DNA of 64,000 bases, taken from a virus. Lineage: Duplodnaviria; Caudoviricetes. Below the pieces are notes generated by a model. It did not search any database. It was not told the DNA's origin and saw nothing but the letters and a program-made list of their open reading frames with translations. The first letter of the stretch is position 1. Each line of letters starts with the position of its first letter. Of the stretch, positions 17,594 to 26,218 are shown piece after piece. The stretch lies in IMG/VR virus record IMGVR_UViG_3300007513_000003. One strand, written 5' to 3'. Both the position numbers and the translations under genes were made by a program.

Positions 17594-17614
17594 GGGGAGA
17601 CACTAGGCCTCCCC
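17594..17614 (-). terminator. rho-independent terminator after AAA ATPase operon
   Basis: Minus strand GGGGAG-N9-CTCCCC followed by TTTCTTTTT. Confidence 0.7.
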
Positions 17615-17671
17615 AAGTGTATTAGATACTTATCGCCGGAGCGAGGCAATAAGTATCTATTTTGGCGGGTG

Positions 17672-18736
17672 TTAACGAAGTATGCTAACCTCCGCCATAC
17701 GTCTCCAATTATCTTTGGAGATTTTACGCAAGTCACCAATCTTGAGAGCAGTACGAAGTGACATTTCTCGAACTCGGTCTTTGTTCTTTTCCATGTAGTC
17801 AAGAACCTCGTCTTGCGTTTGTTTATTAAACTTGTATCCGTTGAACAATTCACCGCTTTTGGCAATCTGTTTGATACGCAGGATCTTGTCACGCATTGTG
17901 TCCAACGTAAGGTCCAAGTAGTGGCAACGTGACTGGAGTGCTTCCAAGTGGTCCTGTACTTTCTTAGAGCGTATATTCTCAAACTTCACGTTAGTGATGA
18001 AGATTGCTGACCCGCGGAAGTCAAACGAATTAGGAATGCCTTCTGCACGGAGTTTGACACTGTCAGCATTCCAATGGATTCGGCGTCTCTTACCCGAGTC
18101 CAATGCCGCTTTCAGTATGTTGAGTGACAAGTCATCAAACAATACAGTGTCGCAGTCATCAAACACCAACACGTTGCCTGGATCGCTGTACTCATACAGT
18201 TTCGCGTACAGTCCAAGAGCAGTCATCGCACCTTTTACAACATCGTATCGTGTACGAGTGCCTTTGATTTTGTCGAACAGTGAGGCCTTTTCCAGGGTGG
18301 TCTCTACACCGTAGGACTTACCAACTCCAGGAGGGCCTGTGACAATCATTGCACGGACATCACCATTGATAGTCGCTTCAGTCATTTCGTTGAGGATGCT
18401 GAAACGCTCTTCAATGCGGTTCATGACCTCTTCGTCAGTTTCTTCGACCTTCTCTACAACGGGACTTTTAGACGAGGTATTTCCTGCAGCCATTTTCTTT
18501 GCATATTCCTCGGCTTCACTCTCGCCCACCATTTCAATATGTAGTGGAGACTCAACCTGGATTGCGAATGTATACTGCGGGAATCCCAGCATATCAGTTC
18601 CGTCTACGGTAATCTTGCCGCCGCCTTTAGTAGACGGACGATAATTTTTGACCAGTGGGAAAATGACATTTTCCACATCCTTAGTGGGAGAGTCTTTACG
18701 GTTGATGATGCCTTTGAGGACTTTAATGTGTGACAT
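17672..18736 (-). CDS. AAA+ family ATPase (early gene)
   Basis: GPPGVGKS Walker A, LVFDDCD Walker B, IFITN sensor and SRC arginine finger; AAGGAG RBS before ATG 18736. Confidence 0.85.
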   Translation of the reverse strand: MSHIKVLKGIINRKDSPTKDVENVIFPLVKNYRPSTKGGGKITVDGTDMLGFPQYTFAIQVESPLHIEMVGESEAEEYAKKMAAGNTSSKSPVVEKVEETDEEVMNRIEERFSILNEMTEATINGDVRAMIVTGPPGVGKSYGVETTLEKASLFDKIKGTRTRYDVVKGAMTALGLYAKLYEYSDPGNVLVFDDCDTVLFDDLSLNILKAALDSGKRRRIHWNADSVKLRAEGIPNSFDFRGSAIFITNVKFENIRSKKVQDHLEALQSRCHYLDLTLDTMRDKILRIKQIAKSGELFNGYKFNKQTQDEVLDYMEKNKDRVREMSLRTALKIGDLRKISKDNWRRMAEVSILR

Positions 18737-18761
18737 AATTCGCTCCTTATATGTCAGTGGA

Positions 18762-19007
18762 TTAAACTTGGCGGGGGACGTCATATCGTCCCTGCATGGT
18801 GAAGGTGCCGAGGCGCGTGGCATTGCCAGTTGCGGGCCAATGTACTTCGCCCTTGAACGCCTGCACTCTCAACGGAGTATCGAAGCCACTGGTTTTGGGA
18901 TTGGCATTAAACTGCCCAACAGCACCCACCAGCGTGTCGTCGTAAACACAAGTCTCACGCTGAGATCCAGCAATGTTTCGAAAGTTGATTACAAAAGTAT
19001 TACGCAT
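18762..19007 (-). CDS. small early hypothetical protein
   Basis: AAGGAG RBS; 81 aa. Confidence 0.7.
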   Translation of the reverse strand: MRNTFVINFRNIAGSQRETCVYDDTLVGAVGQFNANPKTSGFDTPLRVQAFKGEVHWPATGNATRLGTFTMQGRYDVPRQV

Positions 19008-19184
19008 CTATCGCTCCTTGTTAGTTGGGTCTGACAAGAAATCATTTATCGCTTCGACAAACATATTCATTACTTCTTGTCTCCAAAGACTAGTATATCC
19101 TATGCCGATAGCATTTCCTACTGACTTTATTTCTTCATCATTGTAAGACTCAAGAAGTTTGTTTACAATTTCTGTTCTAGTCAT
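19008..19184 (-). CDS. small early hypothetical protein (MTRTEIVNKLL...)
   Basis: AAGGAG RBS before GTG/ATG at 19187/19184; first gene after the promoter. Confidence 0.65.
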   Translation of the reverse strand: MTRTEIVNKLLESYNDEEIKSVGNAIGIGYTSLWRQEVMNMFVEAINDFLSDPTNKER

Positions 19185-19218
19185 CACGTTTCTCCTTGTT
19201 TCTTTAGCGTATATATAC

Positions 19219-19254
19219 ATTATACTGATTTTGTCAGATCTGTCACTTTTTTTT
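19219..19254 (-). promoter_or_regulatory. sigma70-like early promoter
   Basis: A-tract, GTGACA(19246-19241)-N16-TATAAT(19224-19219). Confidence 0.6.
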
Positions 19255-19260
19255 GTACTC

Positions 19261-19355
19261 TAAGTGCTTGATTTTATTGAAGAATCAACTATTTTTGATA
19301 TTTTGGTAAGTGTTTGAAATCATTGAAGAAAAAAGCCAATAAAATCAATGACTTA
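19261..19355. repeat. three-copy 19-bp motif TAAGT-nn-TTGAwwTyATTG (two direct, one inverted)
   Basis: Copies at 19261-19279 and 19307-19325 (+) and 19337-19355 (-). Confidence 0.8.
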
Positions 19356-19362
19356 CTAATTG

Positions 19363-20232
19363 CTACTTTTTCTTAGTTTTCTTAGTAGTCTTTTTCTTGG
19401 ATTTTTTAGTGGTTTTTGGAGATTTCCACTTATCTGTAACTTTGCGGATTTTAGTCAAATTATCTATTTTGATGTCAATTTCTTTAGGGTGGGCAAAAAC
19501 GTTGATTACAGCACCTGTGGGATCTACAAAAATACACTCAGAATTTTCAAAGTAATTATCTGGATTAAAATCCGGAGAGGGAAGCCAATAACAGTCATAA
19601 TCCATATCTTTAAAAGTTTGTAGCAATTCTTTTTGGTTTTCTTGGCATTCTGCAATAACAAATGGTCTATGAGTTGAGAATAGCCTTGTACCAGTATGTA
19701 GAACATCTGATTCATTACCTTCTACATCTACTTTAACCAAATTACAATAATCGAGACCAATATCATCTAAATTAAACACCGCGCAACGTTCTACATCATT
19801 GCCTGTATCATTGTCAGATGTTTTTAATGCGCCATGATTCATTTCGTCATCTACTCTATTCAATGGCAAGTATAATGGCCGTTTTGTTCCCACTGCTCCT
19901 TTGACTGGCGTTACGTTAAATGCACTATTAATAGTCAGATTAGTCATTAAGAAAAAATAATTTAAATGGCTTGGTTCAAAAGCATATACTTCTCCTTCCT
20001 TGCCTACTATTCTAGAATAAAACACAGAATGTAATCCTATATTAGCCCCTACATCAATAACTTTAGCACCTGGTCGTAATAATTGTGATGCCAATGCTAG
20101 TTCTGCCTCTGCATATTCACCGTATAAATCTAAACTACGACCGACAATTGTGTCTTTGATATTATATGCAAAATCTCCGTGCTTACACGGCTTAACTCTA
20201 ACATTTTCACATTGTAGTATAGGAAAACCCAT
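19363..20232 (-). CDS. FkbM-family SAM methyltransferase
   Basis: VIDVGANIG, YAFEP and VKVDVEGNE motifs; Lys-rich tail. Confidence 0.88.
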   Translation of the reverse strand: MGFPILQCENVRVKPCKHGDFAYNIKDTIVGRSLDLYGEYAEAELALASQLLRPGAKVIDVGANIGLHSVFYSRIVGKEGEVYAFEPSHLNYFFLMTNLTINSAFNVTPVKGAVGTKRPLYLPLNRVDDEMNHGALKTSDNDTGNDVERCAVFNLDDIGLDYCNLVKVDVEGNESDVLHTGTRLFSTHRPFVIAECQENQKELLQTFKDMDYDCYWLPSPDFNPDNYFENSECIFVDPTGAVINVFAHPKEIDIKIDNLTKIRKVTDKWKSPKTTKKSKKKTTKKTKKK

Positions 20233-20987
20233 TACACTCTACTTCCATAATCAGTAATTGAGCCATTCATCCACGTTAGCATTAACGCAGACTCGTCAAA
20301 ATAACCTTTTGCTTTTATCATATCATCCGTACTTTCAGGCAAGACTTCTCTTTCCATAAGATCTACTGGTCCTAAATCCATTGGATCATCTAGTTCTTCC
20401 CAATCTTGTTTGGGTTTAACAATACCGTAAATATTACGATCATTAAAATTTTTAAGAAAATATCCCTTTCTACAATCCCAGCCTGTTATTGCTAACTGAT
20501 TTATAAATGTAGGTAAGGTATAAAAGTTTCTATCATATCTTCCAAATTTAGTTTTTAGTCTACCAAACTCTGTATCTAATGTTTGTGGAACAGTTATAAA
20601 CAGTAATGAAAAAGGAGTAAGTACTCTACGCATTTCTAATAACCCTTGTATAGGGTCTTTCAATTGTTGTAATGTATAGTGACACCAACCAATATTAAAT
20701 TCATCGTCTTTGTATGGCATATTTAAAATATCGCCACAAGTAAAGTCAAATTTATCAGTTTCCCTATCAATTAAATCAATACCAGAAACTTTTGTGTGAT
20801 TAGCGTATGGTGCAGATTCTTCATATGATGCTTGGTTACACCACCATTCTGTATTAGATCCATCCCCACAGCCAAAATCACATACATGCAACATGTTCTC
20901 AAACAATTGTTTAGAAACTACTTTGAAAACTTCTTGGGCTGATTTTCTTTGTTCGACTAAATCACCATATATAAGTGTTTTATTCAT
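20232..20987 (-). CDS. class I SAM-dependent methyltransferase
   Basis: VCDFGCGDG, GIDL, GDILNMPYKDDEF and LQQ..DP...L.EM.RVL motifs. Confidence 0.82.
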   Translation of the reverse strand: MNKTLIYGDLVEQRKSAQEVFKVVSKQLFENMLHVCDFGCGDGSNTEWWCNQASYEESAPYANHTKVSGIDLIDRETDKFDFTCGDILNMPYKDDEFNIGWCHYTLQQLKDPIQGLLEMRRVLTPFSLLFITVPQTLDTEFGRLKTKFGRYDRNFYTLPTFINQLAITGWDCRKGYFLKNFNDRNIYGIVKPKQDWEELDDPMDLGPVDLMEREVLPESTDDMIKAKGYFDESALMLTWMNGSITDYGSRV

Positions 20988-21439
20988 TATACTGTAACAT
21001 CCTCCATACCTGCTGTGCGAAGTCTTATTACATTACTTACCTGAAATTGCTTAACATCAAGTCCTTTAATAACTCCTAACCATTTGTTGCGAACCAATGC
21101 AACTTCATTAATAACAGTTTCTAGATCAACCACTTCATCTTCGCCGTCTACATATTTTTCAGCGTCACGAGCACTCAAGGCTCTATTATAACTTTCTAAG
21201 TATTTTTTAAAGTGTTTACGTCTAAGTTTGCGTAGTTGAATATTAAGATGTTGCAGGATTGCTTCTAACTCTTGAAGTTGATTAAAGCGATGCTCTACAA
21301 TACCTGGTAACGCTGTTGCATTTTTTTCTAAGACGCCAGAAATTTTGACGTCTTTTTTAGCACCAGTTAATTCGTTCTCGAAATATTCTAGAGCATCCGG
21401 TATATTACCCATGTCTTGGACAATTTTATTATACCACAC
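20987..21439 (-). CDS. uvsY: UvsY-like recombination mediator
   Basis: Helical protein with YLE.Y.R.L...D.EKYVDG.D motif, near uvsX. Confidence 0.7.
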   Translation of the reverse strand: MWYNKIVQDMGNIPDALEYFENELTGAKKDVKISGVLEKNATALPGIVEHRFNQLQELEAILQHLNIQLRKLRRKHFKKYLESYNRALSARDAEKYVDGEDEVVDLETVINEVALVRNKWLGVIKGLDVKQFQVSNVIRLRTAGMEDVTV

Positions 21440-21445
21440 TATAAG

Positions 21446-21673
21446 TCACCACTCTGTGTCCTCGTCATAATCTTCATCTTCGTAATCTTCTTCATCTAAA
21501 TCATTTAAAAGTTGTGCAATAGTTGGACAGTTGTTTGCTAATTCATCTATTACTTCAGACATATCTTCATCAGTTAGATAGTTTACTAGTTGTTCTGCGG
21601 CAAGTGGTAACTCTTTTTTCGGAATGTATGCTTTCAACATTTCCCATGTATGAACTAAAACAATTTTATCCAC
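21446..21673 (-). CDS. small acidic hypothetical protein
   Basis: 75-aa ORF between uvsX and uvsY. Confidence 0.65.
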   Translation of the reverse strand: MDKIVLVHTWEMLKAYIPKKELPLAAEQLVNYLTDEDMSEVIDELANNCPTIAQLLNDLDEEDYEDEDYDEDTEW

Positions 21674-21703
21674 AAATATTCCTCAAGTTAAAGTTAAGGA
21701 TAT

Positions 21704-22774
21704 TTATGCTTCTGTTTCAGTTTCTTCAAATTCTACATCGGGGTCTGATTCTACATTTTCGCCAATACCACCTGACATTACATCACGCATAACGCGATCT
21801 AATTTCTCGCCAGTCCATCCTTTTCTAAACTCTAGAATTTCAGTACCATCTTTACATGTATAACCAAGTCTATTGCCGGTTTTCTTAACCCAGCCTTGTG
21901 CTTCAAACATTTCTATCAAGCCACTATAAGGATCCATGCCTGTTTCATAAGGAATTTTAACTTGAACACCTTCAAATGGTTTGGCATAGCGTGTTTTCAT
22001 TACCTTACAACCTGCCCTAATACCATAGACTTGTGATGTTTTGTTGCCATCTGCATCTTCTTTAAGTTTTAACTTTTTCATAGCAATAACGATAGAACTT
22101 GCGTAGATAAAGCCTTGACCCCCTGAAATCTTATCATCTGGATCAAACATATCTTGAGATGCATAAGTGTGGTTTGTTGCTACTAATCCTACATTGTGTC
22201 CGCCAAACATATTAACGCAATTGCGAACAAGTGCGGTTAATGCTTTAGGTTTGCGGCCCATATCACCTTTTAGATCACCTTTATCAAATTGATCTACGTC
22301 TGTGGGAGTAAGTAACATACCTAAAGAGTCAATAACAAAAAGAACTTTAGGGCGTTCTTCCTCTTCCATTGTCTTGTAGTCTTTCATAAAGACGCTGATA
22401 GTTTTAGCAACGTCATCAATCATACTCATAGACAAGCGAAGTAGTTTTTCTTCGCTAGTATCAACACCTAGTCTTTCTAACCACTCCTTATCTAGAGCAG
22501 ATTCAGAGTCGATCAAAACTACAAAAATATCTTGTTTTTGTGCTTCTTTAACGATATTCCCAGAAGCAATATAAGATTTGCCTGAGCCTGATTCTCCTGC
22601 TAATACAGTGACTCTTCCTAATGGAATGCCTTTGTAAAAGTCTCCACTGACAAGATAGTTTAAACAATAATTACCTACAGAAATCCAATCGGTAGGATCG
22701 CTAAAGCCTACTGACAAGCCGTCAATAGACTTTGTAATATCTTTTCTAAATTTTGCCACGTCAAACGGTCTCAT
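21704..22774 (-). CDS. uvsX: RecA-like recombinase
   Basis: GESGSGKS, LIDSE, FVIDSLG, TNHTY and SGG.G..YASS motifs. Confidence 0.93.
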   Translation of the reverse strand: MRPFDVAKFRKDITKSIDGLSVGFSDPTDWISVGNYCLNYLVSGDFYKGIPLGRVTVLAGESGSGKSYIASGNIVKEAQKQDIFVVLIDSESALDKEWLERLGVDTSEEKLLRLSMSMIDDVAKTISVFMKDYKTMEEEERPKVLFVIDSLGMLLTPTDVDQFDKGDLKGDMGRKPKALTALVRNCVNMFGGHNVGLVATNHTYASQDMFDPDDKISGGQGFIYASSIVIAMKKLKLKEDADGNKTSQVYGIRAGCKVMKTRYAKPFEGVQVKIPYETGMDPYSGLIEMFEAQGWVKKTGNRLGYTCKDGTEILEFRKGWTGEKLDRVMRDVMSGGIGENVESDPDVEFEETETEA

Positions 22775-22920
22775 TTCTTCCTCCCGTTTTCGCCATATCT
22801 TTTTCTACGTGTCTCCCAACCTTTTGATGCATTTTTTCTTTGTATTTCTTTACGCCATTCAGGCATGGGTCCCCTTGGGCCTCGCATCTTTTCTTTTGTT
22901 TCATTAGTATGTTTCCATCC
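22771..22920 (-). pseudogene. homing endonuclease C-terminal relic (NUMOD3-like)
   Basis: 49 codons GWKHTNETKEKMRGPRG...ETRRKRYGENGRKK with no start codon; its TGA overlaps the uvsX ATG. Confidence 0.6.
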
Positions 22921-22949
22921 TTATAATTTTCCTCTAATAGAATAAAGAC

Positions 22950-22971
22950 GGGGCGAGCGTTAACCCGCCCC
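22950..22971 (-). terminator. terminator after gp32
   Basis: GGGGCG...CGCCCC stem followed by a T-rich run on the minus strand. Confidence 0.65.
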
Positions 22972-22983
22972 TATTACTTTATA

Positions 22984-23928
22984 TTACTGGCCCTGTCTAG
23001 CACGGATAGTTGCTAAAATATCCTCTGCTTTGGAACCACCACTACTCTGCGGAGTTTCGGAGACTACCGATTCTTGTTTTTCTTCCTTAGGTTCAGAAGC
23101 GGTAGTGGTTGCTTTTGAATCGTTGGAAGTTGTTTCTGGTTTGTACATACCTGCTGGACGGAAATATTGTCCATAAAGATCTGGATCATACTGCTTTCCG
23201 TCTACAGATGCTTCAAACATATCTTTAATAACATTGACCGCCGTTTCATCCGGTTTGTTAGGAAGGAAACTGCTAAGATCAAACAAGCCATATTGTGAGA
23301 TTGCATCCATTTCTTCTTTGTCAAGAGCACGTTCGCGTCTTGCCCAAGTAGATGTTGAATAATCAGCATATCCACCTTTAGTTGTTTTTGTCAAACGGAA
23401 GTCCAATCCATTTGTATAATCAGTTGGAAGTTCCTCCAGTTCAGGATCCATCAATGCCGCTTTAAGTAATTGGAAAATTTGTGGTCCAATAATAAAACGA
23501 CGAATTGGATTTTCCGGAACAGTATCCTCAGCAAGTGGACTATCCAATACAAATCCTTGGAAAATGTAAGAACGCTTTTTCCAGTACTTACGACCCATAT
23601 CTTCTAGTGCTGGGTCCTTAAACCAAGTGCGAACCTCGGTCAAAACTGGACAAGTTTCGTTCCACATTTCCATACACGGAACCTGTACGAAAGTATTCTT
23701 AGAATCACTATCGCCTTTAATTCCGCTAAATGGAAGTCTAATCATAAGTCTTTCTACCCAGAAAAACGGATTACTTTCATTACCGTCGGGTAAAAACCTT
23801 AGTACTGCTGTGGATTGTTCTGGAATATTCCAGAAAGGATAAATGGCGTTGTCGCCAATAAATGAAGAACCGCTACCTTTGTTTTCTTGAGCCTGTAGCT
23901 TAGCTCGTATATCTGCTAATGATGCCAT
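22984..23928 (-). CDS. gp32: single-stranded DNA-binding protein
   Basis: A.LRFLPD, CPV...W, YW.K and GY.DY..S motifs of the gp32 family. Confidence 0.9.
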   Translation of the reverse strand: MASLADIRAKLQAQENKGSGSSFIGDNAIYPFWNIPEQSTAVLRFLPDGNESNPFFWVERLMIRLPFSGIKGDSDSKNTFVQVPCMEMWNETCPVLTEVRTWFKDPALEDMGRKYWKKRSYIFQGFVLDSPLAEDTVPENPIRRFIIGPQIFQLLKAALMDPELEELPTDYTNGLDFRLTKTTKGGYADYSTSTWARRERALDKEEMDAISQYGLFDLSSFLPNKPDETAVNVIKDMFEASVDGKQYDPDLYGQYFRPAGMYKPETTSNDSKATTTASEPKEEKQESVVSETPQSSGGSKAEDILATIRARQGQ

Positions 23929-23982
23929 AATAATTTGCCTCTTGTTGTTTGCCTAAATTTGTGCCTAAAACACATACTATAT

Positions 23983-24011
23983 AGTATATGATAAAGTATT
24001 TAGTTTGTCAA
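23983..24011 (-). promoter_or_regulatory. sigma70 promoter of gp32 with nested late motif
   Basis: TTGACA(24011-24006)-N17-TATACT(23988-23983); CTAAATA lies inside the spacer. Confidence 0.8.
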
Positions 24012-24033
24012 GTAAAAAAGAGGGATTTTATGG

Positions 24034-24834
24034 TTAACCTGATAGTCCCAGGGCATCATTCGGATTCGCAAGGAGTTCTTTGGCTTTTTCTACTTCGGAT
24101 TTTCTTTTACTTTTTGTACTAGTGGAGTCACTGCCTGAGTTGTTTTTATCTTGATACCAATTATAGATATCCCAAACATCCCAACCTAATGCAGCCGCGT
24201 TAGTTGCCCAGGAGAGAAATCCGCCACCAAGTAATGTTGCGGCCGCGTGCCTTGCGGCTATTTTTGATGCGATATTGGCTGCTTTCTTTTTTGCTGGTTT
24301 GACCTTTTCAGGATCGAATTTATTGTCAGGATATTTCTTGTTCCAGTCTTTAACGTTATCATCAACGTTGGCTTGGGCTCGCTTCGCAGCATCGGCCTGG
24401 GCGGCAGTTATACTGCCTCTTGTTCGTAGCTTGTTTGATTTAGCATTCTGTCCAACTTCAGATCCTATGGCTTTTGCATTAAGTTTTGCTTTTTTTAATA
24501 CCCCGCGCTTGGTTCTCGGAGTCGTTTTGTTTACCAATTGGGCTCTTTTCTGATTCAATGCATGGCCCGCTGCTCGGCGCATTTTATTTGCAGCTCTATA
24601 AGCCAACACGGCACTAGTGGCCGCCGGCATGCCCCCTGGCACATTGGCAAGGATGCCTGACTCATCTTCTCCTTCTCCTTCTCCTGACCTTTTTTCTGGG
24701 TGAAGATGAAATGGATTTGTTTCTACTAATATGAATGATTCAAAAACATAATCGCCTATATCTTCAGGCGTGAGTTTATTAAGAACTTCTAACATTTTTG
24801 TATCATTATCATTAAAAAGTTCTTCTAAAAGCAT
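24034..24834 (-). CDS. hypothetical, possible internal/ejected virion protein
   Basis: MLLEELF N-terminus, basic Ala/Lys-rich middle, Gly/Trp-rich hydrophobic segment near the C-terminus. Confidence 0.45.
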   Translation of the reverse strand: MLLEELFNDNDTKMLEVLNKLTPEDIGDYVFESFILVETNPFHLHPEKRSGEGEGEDESGILANVPGGMPAATSAVLAYRAANKMRRAAGHALNQKRAQLVNKTTPRTKRGVLKKAKLNAKAIGSEVGQNAKSNKLRTRGSITAAQADAAKRAQANVDDNVKDWNKKYPDNKFDPEKVKPAKKKAANIASKIAARHAAATLLGGGFLSWATNAAALGWDVWDIYNWYQDKNNSGSDSTSTKSKRKSEVEKAKELLANPNDALGLSG

Positions 24835-24835
24835 T

Positions 24836-26203
24836 TTAGTAACCTTGTGTAATTTCGTCTGCCCATTCTTCTACTAGATCTGCTTCATCTTTAAATGACT
24901 TGCTTTCTACTGCGTGAGTATATCTTACACGTTGAGTATATTCTTCATCTTCGTTAATACGGCCCAAGTCGCTTACATATTTCTTTGCTAGTTGTACTGC
25001 TAATGCACCTTCCTCTGATTCGGAAAGTTCTGCACCAACAAACTTATGTGCAAACTCTCTAACAATGTCATTGTCAACAATACGATTGCTGATATCTTCT
25101 AGAGCAGTGCTCACTAAACTTCTTACATCATCGTGCTGAACTGAACGAGCAAATTGATCTGTATCAACTGAACTCTCTAATACTAGATCACCGCTTTCAA
25201 TAAACTCTCTGATTTGGTTTAGTTTGTTTGCTTTATTTTCCATAGCAGTTTTGTAAATGCTATTAATTAATGGTAGGGACTCAAATACGCTTTCATCAAA
25301 CTTCTTAACTGTAAAGAAGTCTTTCATTTCATCTAAGTTATCTTCGGATAGTGTTTCTTCTTGTGCTTCAAAACTTTCTGCAAATGAGGTGTATCCACGT
25401 GCTGTTGAGATACGTGCTAAACTGCTCCTAATACCATTGTAAGCATCACGTACACTTTCTACAATGTCTGCTGTATCTTCATTTACTAAGCTATTGCGTC
25501 TGCTGTATGCTACAAAGTTCTTTAATTGGCCTAATTGGTTAACATTGTTAACAATGTGTGTGCCAATGTCATCATGCAAGTTGCCACCTTCACTAATGTG
25601 CCTTGCAACTGCTCTTGCACCTAGTAAGTTAGTAAATGGAAGTAGTGTTCTTTCACCGCTTGTAGTTTCAACAAAAATTTTGCTAATATTTCTACTGCGT
25701 GATCCTCTAACTTCTTCATCTACTGGGCGTCTATGTCTGACAATAATTCTTGCAGTCTCACCTAAATCTTGGTAACTACTTTTAATGCTACCATACATTT
25801 TTGACTCGTTCATATCACTATCCTTAAATTCTGCTTGCTGATTGCGTAAAAATTCAAAATCTTTTCTTTCCAAATTGGACTTATTAATATCTCTTACATC
25901 AAACGTCAACATTCTGCGTTTTGCAAATTGACGCATTTCTTTTAAAAAATTATACCATTGCTGTTTACTATCACCCAAACTTTCTACTAAATCATTACCA
26001 TAGTAAACTTTAAATTTGTCGTCTACTAAACTAATAGTAACTGTGCCAACGTCTGTACCATTGTCTTCAAATACAAAATCAAAGAAGCGGGCTTCTCTTG
26101 GCTCAAGTGTTTTCATTGCACTTGCATCACCAATTGTTAGTGTTGGATAAACTGATCTTAATTTATTAAAAAGATCTTCAGCAATTTTTTCAATATTTTC
26201 CAT
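24836..26203 (-). CDS. probable prohead core/internal protein
   Basis: 455-aa acidic ORF; TAAATA at 26210-26215; several (I/L/M)xE sites; adjacent to terminase. Confidence 0.45.
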   Translation of the reverse strand: MENIEKIAEDLFNKLRSVYPTLTIGDASAMKTLEPREARFFDFVFEDNGTDVGTVTISLVDDKFKVYYGNDLVESLGDSKQQWYNFLKEMRQFAKRRMLTFDVRDINKSNLERKDFEFLRNQQAEFKDSDMNESKMYGSIKSSYQDLGETARIIVRHRRPVDEEVRGSRSRNISKIFVETTSGERTLLPFTNLLGARAVARHISEGGNLHDDIGTHIVNNVNQLGQLKNFVAYSRRNSLVNEDTADIVESVRDAYNGIRSSLARISTARGYTSFAESFEAQEETLSEDNLDEMKDFFTVKKFDESVFESLPLINSIYKTAMENKANKLNQIREFIESGDLVLESSVDTDQFARSVQHDDVRSLVSTALEDISNRIVDNDIVREFAHKFVGAELSESEEGALAVQLAKKYVSDLGRINEDEEYTQRVRYTHAVESKSFKDEADLVEEWADEITQGY

Positions 26204-26218
26204 TGTTAGTATTTATGC

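Noticed and set aside
17578-17982. 134-aa minus-strand ORF, and the extended 5' end of the ATPase to 18823
   Set aside because: The first is an alternate frame inside the AAA ATPase. The extension overlaps the 81-aa gene and lacks the RBS present at 18736.
19261-19355. Mini CRISPR array
   Set aside because: Only three degenerate copies, one inverted, with uneven spacing; no cas genes.
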